DNA from: Bugula neritina
Lineage: Eukaryota > Animalia > Bryozoa
NCBI GenBank assembly: GCA_964035545.1
Contig: OZ037771.1
Coordinates: forward strand, 14,383,133 to 14,447,132
Length of the DNA: 64,000 nucleotides
Direction: 5' to 3'
Under the pieces are notes generated by a model. The model did not search any database, had not been told where the DNA came from, and saw only the letters and a program-made list of their open reading frames with translations. The position numbers were made by a program, and so were the translations under genes. Within the stretch, counting starts at the first letter, position 1. Each line of letters begins with the position of its first letter. Shown piece by piece: positions 1 through 11,878 of this stretch.

Positions 1-94
1 CACATGACACACGGTCACATGACACATTGTCACATGATGCATTGTGACATGTTCACATGACTTGTAGTTTAGCACATCCTCTAAAGTATCATCA

Positions 95-778
95 TTAGCT
101 GTCCTTCGTGTCCGAAGATGACTTCCGGTGAATCATGGTCCTCCATTTACATCTGTCTTTGCTGAGAGATTGCCAGCTACCAATAGGGATCTTCAGGTCT
201 TTTAGATTGCGTTTAACGGTATCTTTGAATCTCAGTCGCGGCCTGCCAACACCACGGGTGCCTTCTTTCAGTTGTGAATAGAGAATTTGCTTAGGTAATC
301 TAGAGTTATCCATTCGATGCACATGACCAGCCCATCTCAGGTTTTTGTGAATGAGTAGTTCATACATGCTGGGTAGATTTGCCTGTGCTAGAGTCTCCTC
401 ATTCGAGATGAAATCCCACCACTTCACGTTCAAGATCTGGCGTAGATGTCTCATCATATAGGTGTTGAATTTGTGAGCGGCTATCCTGTATACAGGCCAG
501 GCCTCCGCTCCATAGAGCAGAGAGGACAGGACAATGGCTCTGTACACTGTACACTTGGTCTTGAATGACAGATCCTTATTGTACCACACTTTGGTCTTTA
601 GTCTGCCGAATGAGATTGAAGCATTGGACATCCTTGTATGAATCTCTTCATCCATCTTGTTGTTGCACATCACTGTAGACCCAAGATATTTAAACCTATT
701 GACGTTGGCAAGGTCTTCATTATCTATGCAGATACTGTCACCACTGTCATGGGCTCCAGGTGCCGGTTGGTAGAGCGT
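95..778 (-). mobile_element. 5'-truncated RTE-clade non-LTR retrotransposon (C-terminal part of the RT ORF)
   Basis: Uninterrupted ORF with RTE-typical motifs: YQPAPG, FKYLGS, VYRAIVLSSLLYGAEAW, LRWAGHVHRMDNSRLPKQILYSQLKEGTRGVGRPRLRFKD. Stop at 95-97, followed by a short TGA-repeat tail. Confidence 0.9.
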
Positions 779-833
779 TTGAAAAAATTTAATCAAAATG
801 ACTTCATTGCAAGCTTTTCTTAGTTTAAACTTG
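779..833. repeat. Left arm of a ~55-bp inverted repeat (partner 1628-1682)
   Basis: ttgaaaaaatttaatcaaaatgacttcattgcaagcttttcttagtttaaacttg is the near-perfect reverse complement of 1628-1682. Confidence 0.9.
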
Positions 834-983
834 TAGTTAGTTCATATTTAAAACAGGACTCTTTAAAACCAGAAAGCTGCAGAAAGTGGATTGTAGTTGA
901 CAAAATTTAACATAAGTGATGCACATTCTAGAAAGATCTTCAAGATCTAATAATGTTGAAGTAGCAGAAGATATACTGCTTAC

Positions 984-3900
984 TCTAGTGAAGGGTTGAC
1001 CAGTATAACGGGCCGCTTCTGGTCCAGCTCCTTCTTACACAAGGCTTCCAGAGGCTGGAACTTGGGCCCGGGCCGTACGGCACCAGCGTCGTAGAACCCA
1101 TCCTGGATGCTGTTGTTCATGGCTAAAATAACAGAGAGTCAGCGTAACAATCTGGTCTTCTATATGCAAGAGTTGTATATGGTATGAAATATCAGAATTG
1201 ATAGATTCATAGATATTCACAGAAACTACAACATGACAGAAAAGAACACTACAACTACACTAAACTCAGACGTCATTTTATCAGAAAGCTGGGTTAGTAA
1301 AGCTGAAAGCTCGAGTGAGTAAAGTGAGACTGAGAATAACTACTGCATTCAACCTTCCTTCCTTTTAAGCAGATTATTCAAACCCCGCCTGTATTTTTAG
1401 AGTAGAACACGGGGCAGGTTGCTGAGTTGTAAAATAACTAAATGATTGTAACCTTCAACATGCATTTGAGTTTGTAAAGTACCAAAGAAGTGTCGTAGAA
1501 ATAATAAAGGACAACAGAGAATAAACCCAACACGAAAGAAAGAAAAGAAACAGTAGTCCAAGGGCTAAGAAAAAACAACATATAATAGCCCAGGGCTATG
1601 AGCAGACAACACTTATGACAATAATGTCAACTCTAAACTAAGAAAAGCTTGCAATGAAGTCATTTTGATTAATTTTTTTCAATAACAAAGTGGATATTAT
1701 AGCTTTGCCTAGAAAGTTAATTTCAATCACAACATGAAAATTATATATTATCTGTATTCTTTCAACAAAACAATTTTTCAAATGGTATTAAATGTATAAA
1801 ATATCTTGTTTTAAATTAGACAAGTTCCAACAACAAAAAATGTTTCACTGGAAAAATGCTACAACAAGTTTAGGCAGGCTAAAAGAATAACCATTTATTT
1901 TATGCTAGATAGCAGGAGATGGCTGATGTTTGCATGACGTCTGCACATTACGTCTGCACACAACGTCCTCTACTATTCTGTACTATGCAATTGAAATCAA
2001 TACAACGATTAGCTTTAACTTTAGTAGAAGTGATGAAAGTTAGAATAAAAAATAGCAACTCAGCAAACAGCTAGTGAAATACAAAGACAAACTTTAGGAC
2101 TAGAGAAGCGAGTGGGTGTTAACAGCGAGCCAAACATTCTTACATCTCAATATACGACCCGAATCAACATGCTCAAACAACTTAATGTCATCTTCAAGAT
2201 GATTGGCTAATGTCTTAATTGGTGACTTCCTGCTTAAACAACCGCAGTCGTAAAATCCATCTGTGACGATGTTTTCCGAACCTAAAGGTGACACAAGTCG
2301 GGTAACAAATCATACGGGATAATATAATGATTCAATTTCATCGCATTCAGAACTATTCTATATTATAAAATTGATGAATGTGGTCTAGGGGTTAGAGCAT
2401 TTGCTTCATAAGCACAAAGTCATGGGTTCGAGTCCTGAAAAAGGCCATTGGTGATGTTAGGAAAAGCATTCATTCATAATTGCTCCTGTGTCACATCTGA
2501 ATAAGTCCTTAGCTCGCTCTAAAAAAACCTTTTCATCAGGGTTTCTCACAAGGATAGTGACTATAAACTTGCGTGAGTCTTTTTTATAGAATTATTGAAT
2601 GAAAATTAGCTTAAACGCCAATTTAAGAGTGCAAACCACAGTTAGCCAGTTTGGACCTTTAGCTATAATTGTGTTCATTATATACTTCTATCTCTATGAT
2701 CTTCCAAAAAGCTCTTATCACGGTTAGTACATAAATTGAAAAAGGACAAAACAAGAAAGCTAAAAAAGAGTCACAAATGAAAATTTGAGTTGAAGCATCA
2801 CTAAATGGAGAGAGTAACAATCATATAGATTATAGACTAACAGTTATTATATGCTAAAGCTAAGTTTTGGTATGAGCAAAGTTTCTTGACAATAGTTGAA
2901 GTTGGTCATGTCAAAGCGTACAGTAGAAGTCATTGTACAGTGGAGATCATTGCTTAGTGGTAACTTGCTAAAGACATCAACATTATTGAAAAAATAATTT
3001 AAGTGAACAGAGTGATTAATATTTCAGCAAAGTTTGAGCATCAAAATGATTAAAAATCTTATATTCAGCCAGAAATTATACAATCTTGATACGAATAATA
3101 ACAATTTGAAAATTGTTCCTTTCAGAGTTGTCATACCTAAGAACCCGGTGAGCGCGTACTTAGCAGAGAGGTTGTGGTTGAGAAGACGATCCAAAGCGGC
3201 TTCTGTGTAGGCGTTCTTCCTCGTGCTCGACGTCTGAATGGCCTGGAGAGTCTCGATCCCTCTGCATGGTACGACACAAGATGTGAAATATCAGTCCTAA
3301 TTTATTAACAGACTATATTATATTTATATTATATTATATTACATATTTTATCATATATTATAATGTGTTATATGCTACGCTATGTATTATAGTATAATAT
3401 AAAACACATTGTATTTTAAATTATATTTTATGCACTCTTTTATATATTATGTCGTTGTGATTCACAATGTTACATTATATATTACATTATAAAATCTATT
3501 GTACTATATATAATATATGAAATCGCTATACTGTGGCTAAAAGTTTTAGCTAAGCTAATAAAATTCAAGATGAGTTTAATTCAATGCAACATAATTTCTG
3601 CATCACATTCATGAATTTATATAACTAACTAACTAGCATTTTAACATCATTATTTCTCGCATTATAAAACAGTCGAGCAAATTATATAATAAACATACCC
3701 GAGGGAAGCAACTACCTTAGCCGTTGGTTCGTCGACAGCGCAAATGCTCACCGCCCACGAGCTGTTGCGCCGGACTGCGTGGTCGGCTGATTGAAGCATC
3801 GAGACGAGATGCTCGAGTCCCCCGTTTGTCCTAAACTCAGTTCGCAGTTCCGAGTCTATCACGAAAGCCGCCACAGTCATAGCGGCTTTAGCCTACAATC

Positions 3901-6900
3901 CAGCATGTTGCAGAATTCTAATTTCCTATTCGCAGAGTTAAAAATATAGTCTAACAAAACACATTCAGAAAATTGAGGAAAAAGAATATAAAATTTTCAA
4001 ATAACTGGATTCATCAAAGACTGTAACAAAACCCTGCATAGTCTATAGTCTATATCAACTAAACTTACTTGTACAAATGTACATCACACTTACCTGTACA
4101 TCACAGTTGCTGGACTGCAGGGGGTGAAGAATGGAGTGGATGATTCCAGCTTTCTGTATGGCCACTCTGACCTCTTCATGTGTAGACATGTTGGTGAGTA
4201 TAACACAAGTGTTAGAGATCACGGTGTCTTTGTTGTAAGAGAGGAGAGAGATGAGCGAGTCAATGCCACCCAAGTTGACAATCTCGCTGTGAAGAGACAG
4301 AAAGAAGAACTGCTCTGATGCAGAAAGATTTGTATAGTATTAAACAGTAGTTTAGATAGGGAGAGATAAATCTAATCATATATAAAAATAAACCGAACAC
4401 TTACTGGACGTTGTTAGCGCTGCCATTAGTCAGGTTGGCCAGAGCTAACGTGGCAGCCTCTAGCAACTCTGGTTGATCTTCTCTCTTCAGCATTTTAACC
4501 AGTGGCTCCATACCCTCTGAATGAAAGATAATACCGTAATATAGTTACATAATACAAAGCTGACCCCCAGCCATGTATATTATATAACACATATTATATT
4601 ATTACATAAATATTATATTACATAACACTGAGCTCACCCCAGCCAATGATGCTGTCCCTGCTGAGTCCAAACTCCGCCATGATGCCGAGAGCCTCGACAG
4701 CCGCTGCCTGTACCTTAACGTCCTCGTGAGAGAAGAGATGTATGAACATCTTCTCAACTTCTGCTTCGTGGAGGACCTTCTTGTTCTCAGCTGAAGTGTG
4801 TATAGTACTTGTTATTCTATGTTGTTAGTAATATTATATTACTATATCCTGGTAATATATTACTATATCCTGGTAATATATTACTATACTCTTATGATAT
4901 ATTACTATATCTTTATAATATATTACTATATCCTTGTAATACATTACTATATATTATACTTATAATATCTTACAATATCCTGGTAATAATTTACTATATT
5001 CTTACAATATATTACTATATATTATACTTGTAATACATTACAATATATTATTATATAATATAGTACCATATCTTTATAATAAATTATCATACATATTTAT
5101 AATAAATAATGTATTATATAATATATATTAAATGTTTTCATTATATAATATTATATTATATAATGTATATTATATGTTTTTAGTCTATAATATAATATAT
5201 TTTATAATACGTATTGAGTAAGCTATAAATACAGAATCTTTCACATTGACTCACTACTTTTTGCAGCTCGACCAATAGCCTTAGCAGCGTGTTGCTTCAC
5301 ATCAGGTAAGGTGGGCACGTGTTCAGTCTCCTCCACCTTAGCCTTCTTATCTAAGAACAAAAACAATACCATCAAAAACTAACATCCTGTATATATGAGT
5401 GTTTCATTGCCTTCACATGACGTAACAATCTTTTATGACACAAAATAAGAGACGCAACTTTCCCTTCAGTTACTCAAATGCAACTACTAAACTAAAGTCG
5501 TAGGCCCATCGACTAAAACAAAAAGACTAAACTAAAAATAATGTCACTGCTTGCAAACATTCAAGATGCTTACTGAGACTATAAACTAATATGCCAAACT
5601 TTCTATAAGTAAAAACTATCCAGTAGTAAAATGCAGCACAATTTGCAGTGATCAACTTTTTTGCCAAAATAAATAGAACAAAATATAATGAAGGTAACAC
5701 CTATAGCTATGATACTCCTGTGTGAGGAATAACACATTACCCACCATAAACTATGCACGATACAAAGATGGCAAAATAATAAAATAAATGTTTGTGAAGC
5801 TGGTACTACTGCAGTGCATTGGTTGACCTGTACTACCGGACTTTCCGATCTTACCCACTGTATGGTGCACCACTTGTGGCACTGCATACGTTACATGATG
5901 AGATACGCTGGAGCCAGCACGACTTTGCGTCGTGGCTCGGCTCATACGTATGTCTACGGAATCTACGAGAATAATGGCAATAAAGTGTAGAACACAGTCT
6001 AGAAAATGAGGTTCGCTTCTCTAAGGAATAGGGTACTCTGTCTAAAGGGCTGTACTAGGTAATTAGCGAAGTATCTATATCGCCGAGGAAATTTATGTGA
6101 AAGATATACATTTTTAAGGTTAGGGATAAGATAGTAATACAGTAGATGTTATACTCCTTGAGTCTCCAAATTTAATGCATTTTATTTAAAAGTTTTACCC
6201 CCTTCCCCCTCCGCCCCTGTGTTACCCCCTCAACAGCAACGGTGGGTGTAAAACATAGTTTTAATTAAATGGGTCAGAGGGCATGCAGGAGTGTAGGGGC
6301 TTACCTAGCGCTTCCCTTGTTTTACAGCGGTTCGTGCTGTAAGACATGGCTACAATATTACCACAGCTTGCAGAAATGCTTAGTTATTAAAATTATCTCA
6401 ACTAATTTGATCTCGTATATAACGACTCTCGCTGAAAAAAGGTAGTAATAGAAGAGTGCGATGGAGGGAAAAGTTTTAGGCTGAGTGAATCATTTCTATA
6501 GAGAGGGATCAGACTAAATATCATGCGACAGTTTAGCCACACCGTAATAATAAGTATAAAAATCTCAAGGTCAGTTCAACGTCATTAGTAATCATCAAAT
6601 TGAATTTATTAGATCTGTGATGGTATGAACACGGTTCAATCATGCAGAAGTTAGTTTTAAGCAGCAAGCGTAAGTAGAGTTATAGATGATTAACATTAAC
6701 CGCATTGTGTCAACTAAACATCTTACCATCCCCCTTGCCTTTGCCTAAACACAACAAATTTTCAACAATTATTTAAAGGTATTGTAAAAACAACATGGCT
6801 GAACAAGAATAACAACTTTTTAATAACTACAAGCAGAAATAAAATCTCCCAGATGAGGAAACAATTCCTACAAGAGCACTAACTAATTATATCTACGAGG

Positions 6901-9900
6901 AAATAACTCCCAAAAATTAATATACGTAGACTATGACAACGTTAAGCCTAGGGCCACACTGGGCGTATTTTCGCTTGCGAAAATTAAAATCACAAGTAGC
7001 AAAGGTGTCCACTGTAGCGTCAGTGATGCGTGATAAATGAAGCTTTCATTTTTAAATCGCACTCGCTTTTAATAAAACGCAATTTACTGGAATATAGCAC
7101 TATATAAAGAAATTGGGCTCGCTGAATAACTACCAGCCAATTAGGTGACGACGACGGAGACGATTCGCACTTGCGTTGAAAATGCAGAGCGACAAGTGCG
7201 AATGTTTTCTCAACGCGCACAGTGGACACCTTTGCTACTTGTGGTTTCAATGTTCGCATGCGAAAATACGCACCGTGTGGCCCTAGGCTTAAAGTAACAT
7301 GATTATAAAGCAAAAGTAGATCTAAAGAGAAACATGGTGGGATGCCATTACATCAAATTTTTTGGAGACAGAGTGATTCGCATATAGAAATGTTTTCTTT
7401 TATCAAATTGAGAATATTATGATCTGGGTTTAATATTTGTAAGTTACATTCTTACAAAAAAAATTCAAATTTTATTTCAAAAAAGCAGATATTGCATAAA
7501 ACCCCACATCTAGTGTGTACTACTTGGCAACTACTTCCTCAATTTATAATGCCGAGAGTACATAAACTAACATGTCTCGCAACATACTGTAGCAAATGAG
7601 GAACGTATTATTGCATAATTCAACTGCATCTTTTGTTGAAGCTGATCCCTGCGTTATTTAACCCTGGGACTACGCAAACTCTATGCGGCAGTGAAATTAA
7701 ACATTTAGAAATCTGCTAAAGTCAGCTTGCATCTATAGGAAGACAAATCTCTAAAGCTATTATTGATTGTTACTCAGAGAAAATAGCAAATCTAGTGACT
7801 GTACTAGTCAGGAGTGACGATTGAGTTAGTAAGAGCTACATTAGGTTAGTAAACACAACAGTACAACAAGTTTAAGTACAATGAGTTAGTTTACTGTTAG
7901 CATGCCTTTCGCTCGCACATACCTGATTTAGGTTTGCCTGAAACAAAGATATTACAGAAAAATAAAAAACCAACAGAAAAGCATAATTTTTGTTGAAACA
8001 AAATTTGCGGCTGCTCCAGAAATTTGTTGACAAACATGCAGGATCGTTTTTAGCGCAAAAATGCAGAAAACACAGTTGAAAAGTTATACTTATAGAGTGT
8101 TGAGTTAATTTAGTGCAGTAAACACCACTCAGTAAGCTGTGGCTGAAGTGTAGAGCATTTGTGAATGAATTATTAAACTACTGTAGGGTAACTAATATTC
8201 CTAAGTATGTGATGAGTGAGTGAGGTGATGAGTGAGTGAGGTGATGAGTGAGTGAGGTGATGAGTCAGTGAAGTGATGGGTCAGTGAGTTGATGAGTCAG
8301 TGAGATGAGTCAGTGAGGTGAATAAGTGAGGTGATGAGTCAGTGAGATGAGTCAGTGAGGTGAATAAGTGAGGTGATGAGTCAGTGAGGTGAGTCAGTGA
8401 GGTGAGTCAGAGAGGTGGTGAGTCACTACCAACACTCTCACCTTCCTTACCACTTTTTCCGCCTTTCTTATCTTTACCCCCGGCTTTTTTCTTGTCACCC
8501 TCATCTTCTGGGGGTGGAACATCAGTTATGTAAGCTACGAGTTTGCTCAACCCGCCTGAGTCCTTGATAGCCTAAGAGAAAGGTCATATCTGGTTAGCTA
8601 AGAATTAAACCTAACTCTACTATTACTACTACCACTACCACTACTACTACTACTACTACTACTATCACTAGTACTGCTACTACTACCACTAGTACTACCA
8701 CTACTACCACTACCACTACTACCACTACCACCACTACCACTACTAGTACTACTACTGCTACTACTATTACTAATACTATGATCACTATATACGTATATAA
8801 CTACTATAAAAGTTCTTTTAAAACTACACTGTTTAATCAGGTTGTACAGGCTATGTCAGTGATCTAATTTAGAGAGTCAATTTCCTTTTACAGGTGATTA
8901 ACTCATAAAAAGTCACTAACCTCCACACTCTCGATGTCTTCTAAACAATTAGACAGGACAATTACAGCCAGCACGTGGAGGTCTTTGTATTCTGAGTTGC
9001 CAATAAACTGAACCATCTGCGTCAGTCCATCAATCTCCCTGAAGACTGCTCTGTAATGAGGGAAAAGCTCTTTAATATAAAAAGAAGATAACTCTTCAAT
9101 ATAGAGAACGTGCTTTAATATTATTCAAGATTAAAACTACAAATTAACAGAGTAGACAACAAAAAATGTACTGAAATTAAAATGCTTTTCTAGGGAAAGT
9201 TTCTACTCACTGAACAGACCTGCTGAAGATCATAATCGGCTTATTTTAGAGAAAATTCAACTCTTACATAATAAACTAGAAGAAAACTTAAAAAGGACTG
9301 CTTTATGGTAGCATATAGTCTGGCAGAACGCCGTGCAGCACAAAACAACACAAAGTACCTATTTTCAGCATCTTGGGTCACTCTCTCCAGAGCAACCAAG
9401 GCTAGTTCCTGTATAACCGGATATTCAGACTTTGTGAGATCCAAGATTGGGGCGATACCAGACAGCTCCCGTATACCAGCTCTAGCCTGATAATCCTACA
9501 CAACACACAGAGAAATATTAGTTACCAGATGTATATATAGAAAGATTACCAATATATGTATAATATACAGAAAAGTTTTAAATTCAATCTGTAACTAAAA
9601 CTACTACGGCATGGTATTATCTACTCTGACTATCGTATTTTAGACTCTGAATATCGTATTATAAACTATTACTATAGCAATCTAAACTCCAAAGATTGTA
9701 TTATACTTGTATTTACTTGTAGAAGTGAGCTAATGGCTTCCACACTATTCCGCTGCACATCAGGGTCACTTTCAGACATGCCCCTGATGAGGGCCTCCAT
9801 CCCCTCATGGTTGAAAATAACAACTTTACTCGTGTAGTCGGTAGCCATGTTGCTCAACGCCATCGCAGAAAACTCGTGACACAAAGTATCTTCTACAGAA

Positions 9901-11878
9901 TTAGAACCACAAGAGAAAATATATAGTAGTATTCAGTAACTTTATTTGACCCCAGACATAATCAACAGCTTGTTAGAAAAAGCTAAATTTTTATTTTTGG
10001 CTAATTCTAAACTTGAAATAGATTAGAATGTCAACATTATTGTAGATAGGTTAAACTATTATAGATCTTTTAGAGTTTAGTGGTTGATAGAAGCTAAGTG
10101 TTTCTACTCGCACTTTCTACACTCAAATAACAAGATGTATGTTTGAACGACGAAAAGTTTCCCGCTCTTAAAATATAGCAGCAGATTATAAAGTCTATCC
10201 CCAAATTTCAAAGCAATAACCAGAAACTCAAGCTATACAAATGCTATTTTTCTGCTGCTAATCAATGGCAGAATAGAGATACTTATCAACAACCCCTTAC
10301 CTTCTGGTGACATTAGATTTATCATGCATGGAATTACCTCCTCTCTCTTTCTCAACATCTTTCTCACGTCACCTTTATGTCAACAAATGATTCACACAAT
10401 AAAATATTTTCAGCATAGACATTACAACAAGTAATGTAGAATTGCTTCCAATCTGTATTCAGCATATCAATCTGGTTCAGTGCCAAGGACATAAAACAAA
10501 ACTAGCTAGCAAAAATTTTCTGGTAAAGTTAACCTTAAGCATATACTAAAAATAAAAACTAAAGTTTAAAGAATTTGAAATATACATTTGGTAAAAAACA
10601 ATTAAAATATAATTAAATTACTGTTCAAACATTCGTTTTATTTAGGCAGAGTTCTTTAGAGTTCTAAAAATAGACACAAGTTGCGGGAGACGTGATGAGC
10701 TCACCATGTGATGTCATCAAACCAAACACCATGCAGGCGTTTCTCCTCACAATCCGGTCATCGTGTTGCAGTAGTCTGAGGAAATGCTCAACCGCACCCA
10801 AATCTAGTAGCACTTTCTTATTATCTTCACCTGCAACACAATGCACTCGGTCTACATAAACTCTATAAAAAGCTAAATGATGGAGTAGAGGGATAATCTT
10901 TCAAGACTTGGAACTTTGATTCAGGGTTTTTTAGAGTGGCTTAAACTATAGTAGAGTTCATTTTATCAGTCTAGCATGCCATGGGTCATGTGACCAATAA
11001 ATTTCCTAATCTTTTCCCCGATCAAAACTAATAAATTAGGTGTATAGTAATTCCAAACAATTTCATTGGCTATAATAATATTATTGAGTGATATCATATT
11101 TTTATGACACTACGCTACCATATAAACTTTATTTTGTAATACCAAATATTTATACTAAATATTATTCAGGAATACCATAATTACATTGCTTATGTAATAC
11201 TATATTATGTTATTTTAGAAACACATTATATGATTTAGTAATAATAAATACTAACTACTATTTTAGTAATACCATATGTGATTGTATAATACTATACATG
11301 ATTGTATAATACTATACATGATTATGTAATACCATATGTGAGTGTGTAATATTATATTATATTATGTCATTGTGTAATATATGTACTTGTACCTTTCTCA
11401 ACAAACTTGTACAACGCCTCACAAGACTTGGCTAACACATCTTCCTCAGGACTGTCTAACATCAGTACACATGTTGCTGCTTGGTTAGCATCCACAGTCA
11501 GCGTGTCAAACTGCAGAGTGTAACATAGTTGCCATTATTATCATTATGATCACTAGTAGTTATCATTATGATTACTATGACTAGCATGTATTTTATAATG
11601 CTGAATACAAATAAAAAACTAAATCATGGCCTGGTAATTACTAACCCAAAATATTAATGTTAATTTTTTGGTAATTGACTGCAGATTTTTAATTTTACCT
11701 CTGGGAAGTAAAAGAATTTCGACACAGTAGTTACGTAAAAACAATAACACTTGATAGTGAAATATTGATGCTTCCTAGTAGTAGAACATAAAATCGGTTT
11801 CAATCATGACTGATAAAATATATAACTCACCACATCACTGGGCGGAGCTTTCGTCTCTTTCTTTTCTTTCTTACCCAT
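984..11878 (-). CDS. ARMC3: Armadillo repeat-containing protein 3 (multi-exon; 3' end lies beyond the window start)
   Basis: Hand-spliced exons, all GT-AG and phase-consistent: 11831-11878 (MGKKEKKETKAPPSDV), 11393-11510 (FDTLTVDANQAATCVLMLDSPEEDVLAKSCEALYKF), 10705-10830, 10301-10372, 9717-9892, 9359-9495 (DLTKSEYPVIQELAL), 8921-9050, 8442-8571, 5255-5350, 4638-4790, 4405-4516, 4094-4286, 3699-3892, 3137-3261 (LLNHNLSAKYALTGFL), 984-1122 (NNSIQDGFYDAG...RPVILVN). The protein is colinear with vertebrate ARMC3 as I recall it (MGKKIKKEVEPPPKDVFD..., LLKSEYPVIQLLAL, NLSLKYSQTGYL, INDGFYDYG). Confidence 0.95.
1628..1682. repeat. Right arm of a ~55-bp inverted repeat (partner 779-833)
   Basis: caactctaaactaagaaaagcttgcaatgaagtcattttgattaatttttttcaa. 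Confidence 0.9.
2100..2281 (-). CDS. ARMC3: Duplicated/alternative ARMC3 exon (GSENIVTDGFYDCG...), possibly an alternative terminal exon
   Basis: Phase-1 acceptor (tttag) at 2282-2283. The peptide is paralogous to exon 984-1122 (NIVTDGFYDCG vs NSIQDGFYDAG). The frame is open to TAG at 2100; an internal gtaaga donor at 2143 would give a 138-nt symmetric exon. Confidence 0.7.
2379..2578 (+). mobile_element. tRNA-derived SINE copy
   Basis: A-box-like tggtctaggggtta, B-box gggttcgagtcc and body ggccattggtgatgttaggaaaagcat; the same family occurs at 31860, 49397, 50065 and 61414. Confidence 0.8.
4830..5050. repeat. AT-rich ~21-bp minisatellite (atattactatatcctggtaat)
   Basis: Visible tandem units. 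Confidence 0.8.
5855..5962 (-). CDS. ARMC3: Putative ARMC3 cassette exon (DSVDIRMSRATTQSRAGSSVSHHVTYAVPQVVHHTV)
   Basis: ttattctcgtag acceptor and gtaaga donor; 108 nt, phase 1-1; a GC-richer island in an AT-rich intron. Confidence 0.45.
6727..6744 (-). CDS. ARMC3: ARMC3 18-nt micro-exon (GKGKGD)
   Basis: ttgttgtgtttag|GCAAAGGCAAGGGGGATG|gtaaga; phase 1-1; K/G-rich like the flanking exons. Confidence 0.65.
6946..7288. mobile_element. MITE / non-autonomous DNA transposon with ~75-bp imperfect TIRs
   Basis: gcctagggccacactgggcgtattttcgc...agcaaaggtgtccactgt versus acagtggacacctttgctact...gcgaaaatacgcaccgtgtggccctaggc; flanked by TTAA on both sides (6942-6945, 7289-7292). Confidence 0.85.
7923..7937 (-). 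CDS. ARMC3: ARMC3 15-nt micro-exon (GKPKS)
   Basis: ctttgtttcag|GCAAACCTAAATCAG|gtatgt; phase 1-1; continues the K/G-rich loop of exon 8442-8571. Confidence 0.65.
8208..8424. repeat. ~16-bp tandem repeat (gtgatgagtgagtgag)
   Basis: Visible tandem units. Confidence 0.85.
8617..8790. repeat. (CTA/CCA)n microsatellite
   Basis: Visible trinucleotide run. Confidence 0.9.

Noticed and set aside
2379-2445. tRNA gene
   Set aside because: A/B boxes are present but there is no proper cloverleaf, and the sequence continues into a body shared by several dispersed copies, so it is a SINE.
6305-6336. 32-nt poison exon in ARMC3 ending in an in-frame TAG
   Set aside because: An upstream acceptor gives an open 45-nt symmetric version; neither can be supported without transcripts.
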